Shown here piece by piece: positions 1-9,032 of a stretch of 25,986 nt of DNA. The translations under genes and the position numbers were made by a program. The notes under the pieces are model-generated. The model worked only from the letters and a program-made list of their open reading frames with translations, was not told the DNA's origin and searched no databases. This DNA comes from Candidatus Micrarchaeia archaeon (GTDB lineage: Archaea > Micrarchaeota > Micrarchaeia > Burarchaeales > JAVZCV01). The stretch covers positions 1-25,986 of the forward strand of contig JAVZCV010000017.1 of NCBI GenBank assembly GCA_038874215.1. Direction: 5' to 3'. How positions within the stretch are numbered: the stretch's first letter is position 1; the number at the start of each line of letters is the position of its first letter.

Positions 1-1
1 T

Positions 2-124
2 GTTTCTGCTGAGCTAATCGCAGTTGGCATATTCTTCTCCATATTCGTCGGCGCCCTATCTGGCTATTTTCCTGCAAGGAGAGCGGCCAACCTAAACCCC
101 GTTGAAGCCCTGCGGTACGAGTAA
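2..124 (+). CDS. 3' end of a MacB/FtsX-family ABC transporter permease (partial, begins before the window)
   Basis: Manual translation gives VSAELIAVGIFFSIFVGALSGYFPARRAANLNPVEALRYE*. The 'YxPARRAAxLxPVEALRYE' C-terminus is typical of FtsX/MacB permeases. Not in the ORF track. Confidence 0.9.
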   Translation, partial: VSAELIAVGIFFSIFVGALSGYFPARRAANLNPVEALRYE

Positions 125-160
125 AAAATGCAAAAAATAAATAAAAAGAAAAGAAAAAAA
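124..160 (-). terminator. Oligo(T)-rich archaeal terminator region between convergent genes
   Basis: The A-run on + reads as TTTTTTTCTTTTCTTTTT on -, directly after the stop of the minus-strand gene at 164. Confidence 0.55.
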
Positions 161-163
161 CGC

Positions 164-787
164 CTACTTTCCTTTGCTCAGTTCAGCATATTCCTCCGAG
201 AGTATGCGGTATGAGGCGTAGTAGGCTACTGGCATGCCTATGAAGATGATCGCTGGCAACAAAGCAATCACTGCTGCTATCAAAGCAACAATCCATCGTC
301 CGTTCAGGGTTGCTGACAGGTATTTTCTGAATTGCAGTATCCCAAGGTAGTTCTCCTTCACGCAGAACTCAAGCATAGCTGGCAGGAGAACAAAGAGCGC
401 TAGAACCAAAGCCACAATCCACAACACCAGCATACCCACCAGCATTACAATTGTTCCAAGTAGCCCGTTTATGCCCCCCAGAATGATAGCCAGCACTGTA
501 AAAACAATGGAAACTACAAAACAGCATATGGCAATCGCTATGCCACTTATCAAAGTAAAAACAAGCAGCTTAATCCCATCAACAAAGCAGGCTACGATGT
601 TGTTCGGGCTTATCCCAAAGAATTCCGTTTTCTTATTCATAAAACCATTAACAAGACTTTTTGCCCACCCAAAAAACGCTATGTTGACAAGCGGTATAAC
701 TCCAACAATAAGCGTTATTACATAATCTACAACATTAAAGTCCTCAAAAACCGCCTGCCAGTAAGGTACGATTTTCCCAAAGCTCAT
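164..787 (-). CDS. DUF4013-like multi-pass membrane protein
   Basis: Several hydrophobic helices; 'IPLVNIAFFGW...DGIKLLV' resembles the DUF4013 pattern. The ATG at 787 is preceded by an SD-like GGGGGTGA, so it is preferred to GTG 796. Confidence 0.65.
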   Translation of the reverse strand: MSFGKIVPYWQAVFEDFNVVDYVITLIVGVIPLVNIAFFGWAKSLVNGFMNKKTEFFGISPNNIVACFVDGIKLLVFTLISGIAIAICCFVVSIVFTVLAIILGGINGLLGTIVMLVGMLVLWIVALVLALFVLLPAMLEFCVKENYLGILQFRKYLSATLNGRWIVALIAAVIALLPAIIFIGMPVAYYASYRILSEEYAELSKGK

Positions 788-855
788 CACTCTCACCCCC
801 TTTTTATTTTTATAACCATAAATTTAAAGCTTACTGTTTGCAAAAATTAAGCATT

Positions 856-2316
856 ATGAAGAGAGGAACCATTTACTCTGCTTTAATCTTTCTCCTCCTA
901 ATAGGAGTGAGAACTCCTGTCGCAGGTAAAATAGACCTCTTTCTATCTGACTATGTTGAACCGAGCGAGAAGTACCAGTTATTACCGTTTCATGTTAGCT
1001 CTGGAAACTACACACTCGTAGTAATTGAAGGAAAAGAGACGTTCATGATTGATGTCGATCCCCTTGTTATCCTAAACGAAAGCGAGAAGGTTAAAGGAAT
1101 ATTCGCTGAGAGAGTGTTCATTGATGCAAATTATGACCAGAGCATACAGCACATTTTAAAAAATATAGATATATTCAACGCAAGCAGGCATCCAAGCGAA
1201 CGAATATGCCGCCAATACACAGGTACCGACAGGTTTGAATGCATAGACCATGACTCATGCCTTTTTGCATGCTACTCTGTCCCCGTTTGTACTGATACAA
1301 TAGCGGCAGAAGGCTTCCTTCAATCAATAAAGGAATGGTCCACCCTCGTATACCTTCTTGACGGCAACATCACAAAACTAAAAACAAAAGTGAATTCTGG
1401 CTTACGCTCTGCGGGAGATGCAGACGACGCCCTTTCAATTGTGGATTCCATCCAGCGCACTGTTTCCGCCATAAATGCATCAAAACTCGTTCAAACATGC
1501 GGCGATTGCTTCAACTTCTGCCCTCCACCCGACTACAACATGAGCGCCATAAAAAATGTGCGCACACTCCTTTCCTCTCTCCGCTCAAACTTGCAGGCTT
1601 TGGATAGCATAGACAACCGAACGGGCACCCTATTCGTGAATATGCAGGAGCGTTTTGAGTATATAAACAACAGGAACGCCCGTTATAAGGCGCTGACATC
1701 AAAAATGTTCTCCATTAAGCCGACCCTCTTTGCACGCGCGGGCATATCGCTCAACTGCATAAACGATACCGAATTATCCATGGCGCTTACTCTGCTTGAA
1801 AACCTCACGGGTGAGATAGCTGAGGCTGGCAAAAGCGGAGAATATCACAGGGCTTTTTTGATGGAAGAAGCGTTTGATGAACTCGTTTCAGAAATAAATG
1901 AAACGATAAACGAGGACGTGTCTCTCTGTAACATGCTTCGGAACAAGACTGCCGACATGTTAAAACGCATTGACTTGGCGGCAAAACTCTCTGCTGGAAA
2001 CATCACGCTTGAAACGCACGCAGCCCTATTGTTAACGCAGGCAAAAACAATTGAGGAGAAAACAAACACCACGGTTGAAAAGTCAGAAGTCGCTTCAATC
2101 AATTCAGATATTGACTCGCTTATACAGGAGGCAGACGACCTTATAGTAAATGCCACCCTCTACCAAAATGAAAAGAAGGCATCTGAAAGCATAAACCAGA
2201 CTGGCGCAGGTGCGGATAAGGGATTACCATGCATATTGCCCGTTCTCGTACTGGCTTATCTGCTCGCCTTCTCAACTCTAAAACCCAACAAAATTAATAA
2301 ACAGCGAATACAATAA
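856..2316 (+). CDS. Secreted, C-terminally anchored Cys-rich coiled-coil surface protein (paralog 1)
   Basis: Signal peptide MKRGTIYSALIFLLLIG; Cys cluster CRQYTGTDRFECIDHDSCLFACYSVPVC; long helical region with many N-x-S/T sequons; C-terminal PCILPVLVLAYLLAFS plus a basic tail. ATG 856 preferred to TTG 838. Confidence 0.8.
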   Translation: MKRGTIYSALIFLLLIGVRTPVAGKIDLFLSDYVEPSEKYQLLPFHVSSGNYTLVVIEGKETFMIDVDPLVILNESEKVKGIFAERVFIDANYDQSIQHILKNIDIFNASRHPSERICRQYTGTDRFECIDHDSCLFACYSVPVCTDTIAAEGFLQSIKEWSTLVYLLDGNITKLKTKVNSGLRSAGDADDALSIVDSIQRTVSAINASKLVQTCGDCFNFCPPPDYNMSAIKNVRTLLSSLRSNLQALDSIDNRTGTLFVNMQERFEYINNRNARYKALTSKMFSIKPTLFARAGISLNCINDTELSMALTLLENLTGEIAEAGKSGEYHRAFLMEEAFDELVSEINETINEDVSLCNMLRNKTADMLKRIDLAAKLSAGNITLETHAALLLTQAKTIEEKTNTTVEKSEVASINSDIDSLIQEADDLIVNATLYQNEKKASESINQTGAGADKGLPCILPVLVLAYLLAFSTLKPNKINKQRIQ

Positions 2317-2322
2317 ACCAGC

Positions 2323-4350
2323 ATGGAAAAGCCACTCAAATCCGCATTAGCGCTTTTCTTACTGCTCTTTTTCCAATGCTTACATGCGCAGACTGTTGAG
2401 GAACGCGTGGGTAAAAAGATAGGCCAATACCTACTAAACGAATCTTTCTCCGTGCAGCCGTTAAGTGTAGGCGGGATAGACTACTATCTCGTGTGCGTAG
2501 ATGGAACTGACACGTTTCTTCTAAAAGCACTACCCAACACGGACCTTTTCATCGTAGATTCGGATAGGGAAATAGCTTTTGTACTTAGAGCTCATTATAG
2601 AAAATACTACGAGAAATCTGTCGCAGAATTGCGCGATTACATACTACTTTTCAACAGGAGCAGGGAGCCGAAAGAAAGTGCGTGCAAGCGCGATCTCGGA
2701 ATTGATCTCTATCCATGCTACGATAGGGATAGTTGCCTCAAGGCTTGCTACACGCCAGTATGCCAGGGTGCAAGGACAGAGCTCGCATTTTTAGATGCGA
2801 TGCGCGATTTTTATAGAGATGCAAGAGAAATAGACACCGCCGTAGATGAAATGAACAATGGGCTTTACGCATATGCTGGCTCTGATTATGAGCAAGGCAA
2901 GCTTCCAGCTTTCGGCCTTTTTGGCAGAATAGAAACTGCGATATCCAACCTAGACAAAAACAAGATCTTCCTGAGTGTCATAGACATGGGCTATATGTTC
3001 TGCAACCCCATTCCGTTCAACACAACGGCTCTTGAGACTGCCAAGAATAAACTTATTGAGATAGCAAACCACCAACCGACGGTTGGAAGTGCGGATTCAA
3101 AAGCTTCAGAAATAGTGCTAAACACCAGAAGAAGGATTGAAGCATACGAGAAGCGTATTCAGGAATATAACCTGAGACTTGCCCTCCTAAAATCAAATGT
3201 CTCCGCAGATTTTGAGAGTGTAAGAGAAGTTGTTGAATTCTCCGAGCAACGCATGCACTCGCCTGAACTAACCGCCCTTCTTGAAAACCTCAATGAAAGC
3301 AAGGGCTCAATAATCGCAAATGACAACCTAACTCATGCCGAGCTCCTTGCTTCCGATTTTGCGAAAGAAGCCTCACGTGTAAACAGCACAGCACTCTACC
3401 TGCTTTCCGTATACGACACGCTCATCATCAGGAGCAATTCCCTCACCTCTCGGCTCATAGATGCGAAAACAAAATTTCAATATACATACAGCATACGAGA
3501 GATAAAAAAACTTGAGGAGAGAAAAAGGGCCGTTGACCAAATCCTGTCATCGCCCGTTAACGTGTGGGAGATACAGAAAATAAGAAACGAACTCAATGAG
3601 ATAGAGGAATCGCTTAATAAGATAGAGGCCATCGGTGAAAAGCCCACAATAATCAGTTGGCTTGCAATAGAGTTTGGAGTAGATGCCGAAGGATTTTTTG
3701 AGACGTTAAAGCTCGCCGCCTTTATATTCTTCATACTACTTTTTGCCTCCATCGGTGCTGCGTACTTATATTATAGAACTACGAAAGAGTCCATCACTCA
3801 ACTAATAGTGAAGCTACCCTCTCACTTTTCTCGCCTTACCAGCCAGCCCAAAACAATTGGGGAGGCATTTGGTGAAAAGGGCAATGTAGCTGCAAACGAA
3901 GCCGTGCAAAAGGAACCCCTTGAAAATGCGATGCTCAAAACTCCAAAATATTCAGGCGATGATGCCAGCGATAAAACAAAAAAGATAGAGGAAGAGAAAA
4001 CGGCACCATCAAAAACATCATTTGGTTTTCCCAAGATATCGCTTCTCGGAATGTTGCGTGGAAAGGAGAGGAAAGACGAGATACCCGAGCTTAAAGTCAG
4101 AACTCTTTTTAAGAAGGGAAACGCATACTATGCTGTTATTGGGAGCGTCATAAGAGACCAGTCTGGGATGCTCGTCCCAGATGGGACGACCGTCAGTTTC
4201 TCAATAGACCACGGCAAGATAACGAAGAGTGCGAAGACTGTCAAGGGAAAGGTATATGCGAAGATGGGGTTTGCGAAAAAGCCAGAGAGTGCGATAGTGA
4301 CGATAACGTGTGGCAGAATAACACGAAAATTCAGGCTCGTGTTCTATTAG
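2323..4350 (+). CDS. Cys-rich coiled-coil single-pass membrane protein with C-terminal Ig-like domain (paralog 2)
   Basis: Signal peptide; same Cys motif (CKRDLGIDLYPCYDRDSCLKACYTPVC); TM helix AAFIFFILLFASIGAAYLYY; C-terminal 'IRDQSGMLVPDGTTVSF' resembles invasin/intimin Big_1. Starts 6 bp after the previous stop. Confidence 0.8.
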   Translation: MEKPLKSALALFLLLFFQCLHAQTVEERVGKKIGQYLLNESFSVQPLSVGGIDYYLVCVDGTDTFLLKALPNTDLFIVDSDREIAFVLRAHYRKYYEKSVAELRDYILLFNRSREPKESACKRDLGIDLYPCYDRDSCLKACYTPVCQGARTELAFLDAMRDFYRDAREIDTAVDEMNNGLYAYAGSDYEQGKLPAFGLFGRIETAISNLDKNKIFLSVIDMGYMFCNPIPFNTTALETAKNKLIEIANHQPTVGSADSKASEIVLNTRRRIEAYEKRIQEYNLRLALLKSNVSADFESVREVVEFSEQRMHSPELTALLENLNESKGSIIANDNLTHAELLASDFAKEASRVNSTALYLLSVYDTLIIRSNSLTSRLIDAKTKFQYTYSIREIKKLEERKRAVDQILSSPVNVWEIQKIRNELNEIEESLNKIEAIGEKPTIISWLAIEFGVDAEGFFETLKLAAFIFFILLFASIGAAYLYYRTTKESITQLIVKLPSHFSRLTSQPKTIGEAFGEKGNVAANEAVQKEPLENAMLKTPKYSGDDASDKTKKIEEEKTAPSKTSFGFPKISLLGMLRGKERKDEIPELKVRTLFKKGNAYYAVIGSVIRDQSGMLVPDGTTVSFSIDHGKITKSAKTVKGKVYAKMGFAKKPESAIVTITCGRITRKFRLVFY

Positions 4351-4352
4351 AG

Positions 4353-6137
4353 ATGAGCTTTATGAACTGCGACTCTTTAAAGGCATTTTTGCTATTTCAC
4401 CGTGCAACAGCCATCCTTATTCTCCTAGGTGTATCTATCAGGATTATTTTCATGCCATTGGCCGCCCATGGGGACATGGCATACATATTTTTTGCATACA
4501 GCCACTTTTCTCCAGATAAGCCGAACATAGGATATACGCTTCAAACCTTATACGGCGGAACTTCTGGTAAAAGTCTTCCATACCCGCCTCTCACTGGCTA
4601 TGTCTTCTGGGGATATATCTCGTTAATCCGAATTTTGCACGCTATCGGACCAGATTCCCTCTCTCTTCACAATACTCTAAACTGCACCAACACGTTAGGA
4701 TTTAACGGCATCTTTTTACTCATGAAGTTATTCTACTTCCCTTTTGACTTAGGCATCGCGCTTCTGCTCGTGGGAATTACTGGAAAGACGGGAGAAAAGT
4801 TTGCCGCAGCTTTATGGGCTTTCTCACCAGTACTAATCTATGACTGGGCTATGCGTGGCCAGTTTGACGTGATACCCGCCTTTTTTCTTACCCTCGCCTT
4901 CTTTTTTGCAAAGCACGTGAAAAATTCATGGTGGCACAAAGCAGCTCTCCTTTGCCTTTCTCTTGGAGGTGCGTTGAAAATATATCCTCTCTTCCTTGTT
5001 CCTCTCTTTGCAATAATTCTTGGAGAAGGAAAAATAACAAAAACAATGCACCTTTTTGCGTGGGGTTTGCTCCCATTTGCCATTAGCGTTTTTTTAGACT
5101 TTCATTCATTTGTAACCCTTTTCGTTGATAATACAGGAAGGCTTCACCCACTGTTCCTACTATCTTGCGCCGTGCTATCCTTTGCTTCAATATTCTCCAG
5201 AAAGAATCTGGACTCGCTCCTTCAATATTCAACCGCAATCCTAACGTTATATTTCGTTTTGTGCTGGTCTGAACCCTACCACTACACATGGATTACACCG
5301 TTGCTGATAATTGCGGTTGCATGGCGCCGTGAACTTGCCCCATTTTACGCTTTACAGCTTTGCTACTTCTTATTTCTCCTCATACCACGCACAGGTGCTC
5401 TCGGATTTCTATTACATGAGCCCGTTTCATTTGCGGCAAAATCCGCCTTCCTCGCCTCTTCCTTTGCCTTTTTGTATGGCGTTTTTTGGCGTTTGCCTTT
5501 TGGTATCAATTCAAAAGCGTGGTGGTGCATAATACTACTTCCGTTTATACTGCTCGTGGCGGCATTCTTCCTTAAAGCTGGCATAGGCGATATAGATGGT
5601 ATTAAAATTCTAAACTGTGCGTCCTTCAACAATTTTATAACACTCTCCTCTGGCCAGACTATTGAACAGAATTTTTTCTCAAAAGCCGACAAGCTCAATA
5701 GAATAACATTGTATGCTGGAAAACAAGCCGAAGCAAACGCCACATTTCACCTTCTCCAAGATGGAAAGGAAGTTCTGGTTCTTCCTCTCGCTTTGGAAGC
5801 CGACTTATGGAGAACTTATCCATATGTAGAGTTCCCGCCCCTTGCCTCCAAAAACAAGAACTATACTCTCTGCATTACGGCTGAATCAGGTACAGTTGTG
5901 GTAGCATATAACTCCTACAACATATACAGCTTTGGAGACATGCGTCTAAACGGTAGAACAATAGATGGCGACATCTACTTTATTGCATCCCATGCCTTAA
6001 ATCCAAACGAAGCGATTGAATACGGAATTAGCTCATTTGTGAGCGGTGCGCAGGAAAATCCTTCACTATTTGCCCTCTACTTGCTCCTACTTGCAATTCC
6101 CTTTTTCTCATTGTTATGGCTAATAAAAACGCCCTGA
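4353..6137 (+). CDS. GT-C fold multi-pass membrane glycosyltransferase (GT87/PIG-M-like) with a C-terminal soluble domain
   Basis: Motifs HGD..YPPL, KLFYFPFDL, WAFSPVLI..GQFDVIP and LKIYPL, many TM helices. ATG 4353 lies 2 bp after the upstream stop. Confidence 0.75.
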   Translation: MSFMNCDSLKAFLLFHRATAILILLGVSIRIIFMPLAAHGDMAYIFFAYSHFSPDKPNIGYTLQTLYGGTSGKSLPYPPLTGYVFWGYISLIRILHAIGPDSLSLHNTLNCTNTLGFNGIFLLMKLFYFPFDLGIALLLVGITGKTGEKFAAALWAFSPVLIYDWAMRGQFDVIPAFFLTLAFFFAKHVKNSWWHKAALLCLSLGGALKIYPLFLVPLFAIILGEGKITKTMHLFAWGLLPFAISVFLDFHSFVTLFVDNTGRLHPLFLLSCAVLSFASIFSRKNLDSLLQYSTAILTLYFVLCWSEPYHYTWITPLLIIAVAWRRELAPFYALQLCYFLFLLIPRTGALGFLLHEPVSFAAKSAFLASSFAFLYGVFWRLPFGINSKAWWCIILLPFILLVAAFFLKAGIGDIDGIKILNCASFNNFITLSSGQTIEQNFFSKADKLNRITLYAGKQAEANATFHLLQDGKEVLVLPLALEADLWRTYPYVEFPPLASKNKNYTLCITAESGTVVVAYNSYNIYSFGDMRLNGRTIDGDIYFIASHALNPNEAIEYGISSFVSGAQENPSLFALYLLLLAIPFFSLLWLIKTP

Positions 6138-6180
6138 TCACTTAAGCCCCCATCTCACGATAACCCAAATCAAACTTCTC

Positions 6181-7476
6181 CTATTTCATTTCTCCTGCAA
6201 GATATCTCTGGTATCCGAGCAGGTCAAGAAGCCCATGCCCCGAGTAGCTAAACGCAATCACTTTCTTCTCGTTCTTCTTCTTGCACCTTATCGCCTCCTC
6301 AATAACCGCCTTTATTGCATGGCTCGTTTCTGGGGCTGGCACAAGCCCTTCGGTTTTTGCGAATATGTGCGCTGCCTCAAAAACCGCGCTCTGCTCATAT
6401 GCTTCCGCCCTTATAACCTTCTCATTTGCAAGTAGCGATATTATCGGCGCCATCCCGTGGTATCGCAACCCGCCTGCGTGTATTGGTGATGGCTTGAACC
6501 TGTGCCCAAGCGTATACATCTTCAGCAGTGGCGTCAGTTCTGCCGTATCCCCAAAATCATACTCATATTTTCCCTTAGTAACGGATGGCACGGCCGTCGG
6601 CTCAACGGCAACGAATTCTGTTTCAATCTTCTTTTTCAGCTTCTCTCCGACAAATGGCAGAACGAAGCCGCCGAAGTTGCTTCCACCACCTATGCATCCA
6701 TAAAGCACATCGGGCTTTCTATCTATTTTATCAAACTGCTTCATCGCCTCCTGCCCTATAACTGTCTGATGCATAAGCACGTGGTTTAAGACGCTCCCAA
6801 GAGAATATTTGGTGTTGGGATTCTTGGCAGCAACCTCAACAGCCTCGCTTATAGCAATACCAAGGCTGCCAGTGCTGTTCGGGTCTTCTGCGAGTATCTT
6901 CTTGCCGCTTTCAGTAGTATTGCTTGGAGAAGCGATAACCTTCGCGCCAAAAAGCTCCATAATCGTCCTTCTGTAAGGCTTCTGCTCATAGCTCACTTTC
7001 ACCATATAAACGAGGCACTGCAACCCGAAAAGCATTGTTCCGTAGGCGAGCGCAGTCCCCCACTGGCCTGCACCCGTCTCGGTTGATAGCCTCTCAACTC
7101 CTTCTTTCATTGCATAGTATGCCTGTGCAACCGCAGTGTTCGGCTTATGGCTTCCTGGCGGGCTCAAATCTTCACGCTTGTAGTAAATCTCTGCGGGCGT
7201 TTTCAGGTATGCTTCAAGCCTTCTTGCCCTGCAAAGCGGAGTCGGGCGCCAGCGTAGGTATATGTCCCGCACTTCGCTCGGTATATCCACATATCCATCT
7301 TGCGCCATCTCCTGTGCGACTATTACTTTCGGGAATATGGCATAAAGCGCTTCGGGTTTAAGCGGCTCTTTCGTAGCAGGGTTTAGCGGTGGAGGAAGCG
7401 GCTTAGGAAGATCAGGGAGTATGTTATACCACTTCTTAGGCATCTCGTTCTCATCAAGAGCCACGGCATATTCCAT
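6181..7476 (-). CDS. trpB2: Tryptophan synthase beta chain, TrpB2 type
   Basis: [15 protein letters not shown] (PLP lysine), [62 protein letters not shown] before ATG 7476. Confidence 0.95.
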   Translation of the reverse strand: MEYAVALDENEMPKKWYNILPDLPKPLPPPLNPATKEPLKPEALYAIFPKVIVAQEMAQDGYVDIPSEVRDIYLRWRPTPLCRARRLEAYLKTPAEIYYKREDLSPPGSHKPNTAVAQAYYAMKEGVERLSTETGAGQWGTALAYGTMLFGLQCLVYMVKVSYEQKPYRRTIMELFGAKVIASPSNTTESGKKILAEDPNSTGSLGIAISEAVEVAAKNPNTKYSLGSVLNHVLMHQTVIGQEAMKQFDKIDRKPDVLYGCIGGGSNFGGFVLPFVGEKLKKKIETEFVAVEPTAVPSVTKGKYEYDFGDTAELTPLLKMYTLGHRFKPSPIHAGGLRYHGMAPIISLLANEKVIRAEAYEQSAVFEAAHIFAKTEGLVPAPETSHAIKAVIEEAIRCKKKNEKKVIAFSYSGHGLLDLLGYQRYLAGEMK

Positions 7477-7543
7477 ATATTCACCTCTCACTTATGGCAT
7501 CAGTAATAAAAAAGAAGTTATAAAAAGGGTTATGCCCAGGCTC

Positions 7544-8941
7544 TTATTCCGTATTTCTGCGCATCGCAGCGATAGCCTCCTGAGTTCTTTCTTTCATATC
7601 ATTATCAATATCTGTTTCCAACGGAATACTTACAGCACCATCAAGCCCAAGATTCTGTTTCTTCGTTTGCTTAATCCAAACCACGGGCACTTTTCCGCTT
7701 CCCGTTCTTGTTCTCAGCGCATCTCTTATGCCCTTCATTATCCCTGGCTTTGCGTTGAAAACTTCTTCAAAAGTCTTCCTATACGGCCCGTTCTTCGGAG
7801 TATTTGCCCCACCGCCACACATCACAACTATTGTTGATTCCGTGCGGTTTACCTCATCGCGCGCAACTCTACCCATTATCCTCCCGCCCTCCTCCATTAT
7901 CATGCGGGCAAGAGGATCCCCTTTCTGTGCCAGAGCGTCTATCTCATGAGCCTGAATTTGAATGCCATTTTGAAGCATTTTTCCCAACGTACTATTTACA
8001 GCCGATACGAGGCTCCTTACTCTCTCCGCGATTATCCTATTGAAATCCTGCGTAGTAAACGTTCTCCCTTCATTAATCGCATTTACCCGCTCTGCCGCAA
8101 CTTCATACAAAATCCTCGCTGCAAGTATATCCCTATTCGCGAGACTTGCTACCCTTCGGGTCATCATAGCATCGCTCATACCGGGTTTTATGCCTCCTAA
8201 ACTGTTATTAACTTCGCTTACTATCCTCTTTGCAGCCTCCACCTGCCCTCTTGCAGAAGCAGGAGTAGTTTCGGCGCATCCCCGCTGTCCGCATCCGCAC
8301 AACCCACCGCCAACAGGTATTACTGGATAGTGGAACTCGCCCGCACCCGTAAGTCCCCGCAAAAGCTGATACTGTATTTTACCACTTCCTTCAACATGAG
8401 CGTTTATGTGCGCTATCCCTATTCCAGTGCCAAGCGTGAAGACAACGATATTCGCATTACCCTGTTTTATTATGTGCCTCTGAACTCTGGGGTTAAGAAC
8501 TGCGCCAAGCGCTGCCGCATCTGCATCGTTGAGGCCCACTATCTTTCCCTTTATTCCCCGTTTTTTCAACTCCTCCACTATGTTCGTCCGCACCCCTGGT
8601 GCAACGTTTGTTATAACATAATTAGTGCCATCCCCAGGTCCAGGTATTGCAACCCTAACCTCGCTAATGCCATCCAATCCTATCCCCAATTTTCCTGCGG
8701 CGTCTTTTATGCCATTAACCATGTTATTATAGAACTCTCCCAGGTTTTTTGCAGACGGTACGCTTACGTCTGCCTTTCCAATTATTTTTCCACCCGAAAT
8801 TTTAACTACTCGTATTTTCAGATTCGTCCCGCCCGCATCCACCGCCGCGATATACCTATTAATATTCGTGTTCGCACTCTTTGTTCTTCTCTGCTTCACG
8901 TTGCGATGGGCTGGGGGCTGAGCAGGCGCAACGCCAAACAT
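7544..8941 (-). CDS. Divergent ROK-family sugar kinase with about 85-aa helical insertion
   Basis: DAGGTNLK, IPGP, NDADAAALG, TLGTGIG, GEFH, CGCGQRGCAE, GDPLA and GGG are present in ROK order. SD GGTGGTGAG. Confidence 0.85.
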   Translation of the reverse strand: MFGVAPAQPPAHRNVKQRRTKSANTNINRYIAAVDAGGTNLKIRVVKISGGKIIGKADVSVPSAKNLGEFYNNMVNGIKDAAGKLGIGLDGISEVRVAIPGPGDGTNYVITNVAPGVRTNIVEELKKRGIKGKIVGLNDADAAALGAVLNPRVQRHIIKQGNANIVVFTLGTGIGIAHINAHVEGSGKIQYQLLRGLTGAGEFHYPVIPVGGGLCGCGQRGCAETTPASARGQVEAAKRIVSEVNNSLGGIKPGMSDAMMTRRVASLANRDILAARILYEVAAERVNAINEGRTFTTQDFNRIIAERVRSLVSAVNSTLGKMLQNGIQIQAHEIDALAQKGDPLARMIMEEGGRIMGRVARDEVNRTESTIVVMCGGGANTPKNGPYRKTFEEVFNAKPGIMKGIRDALRTRTGSGKVPVVWIKQTKKQNLGLDGAVSIPLETDIDNDMKERTQEAIAAMRRNTE

Positions 8942-9032
8942 ATTCTCACCACCCTCAAAATTTAGGACAAGCAGACAAGTAAATTACGCATCAAAATTTT
9001 TTAAATGCTCCGGAGTCCTCCGGCATTCTTTT

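Noticed and set aside
4308-4352. GTG start of the glycosyltransferase overlapping the upstream gene
   Set aside because: ATG 4353, directly after the upstream stop, is more parsimonious.
7492-7500. Trp attenuator leader peptide upstream of trpB2
   Set aside because: Only ATG-CCA-TAA is present, with no Trp codons or alternative hairpins.
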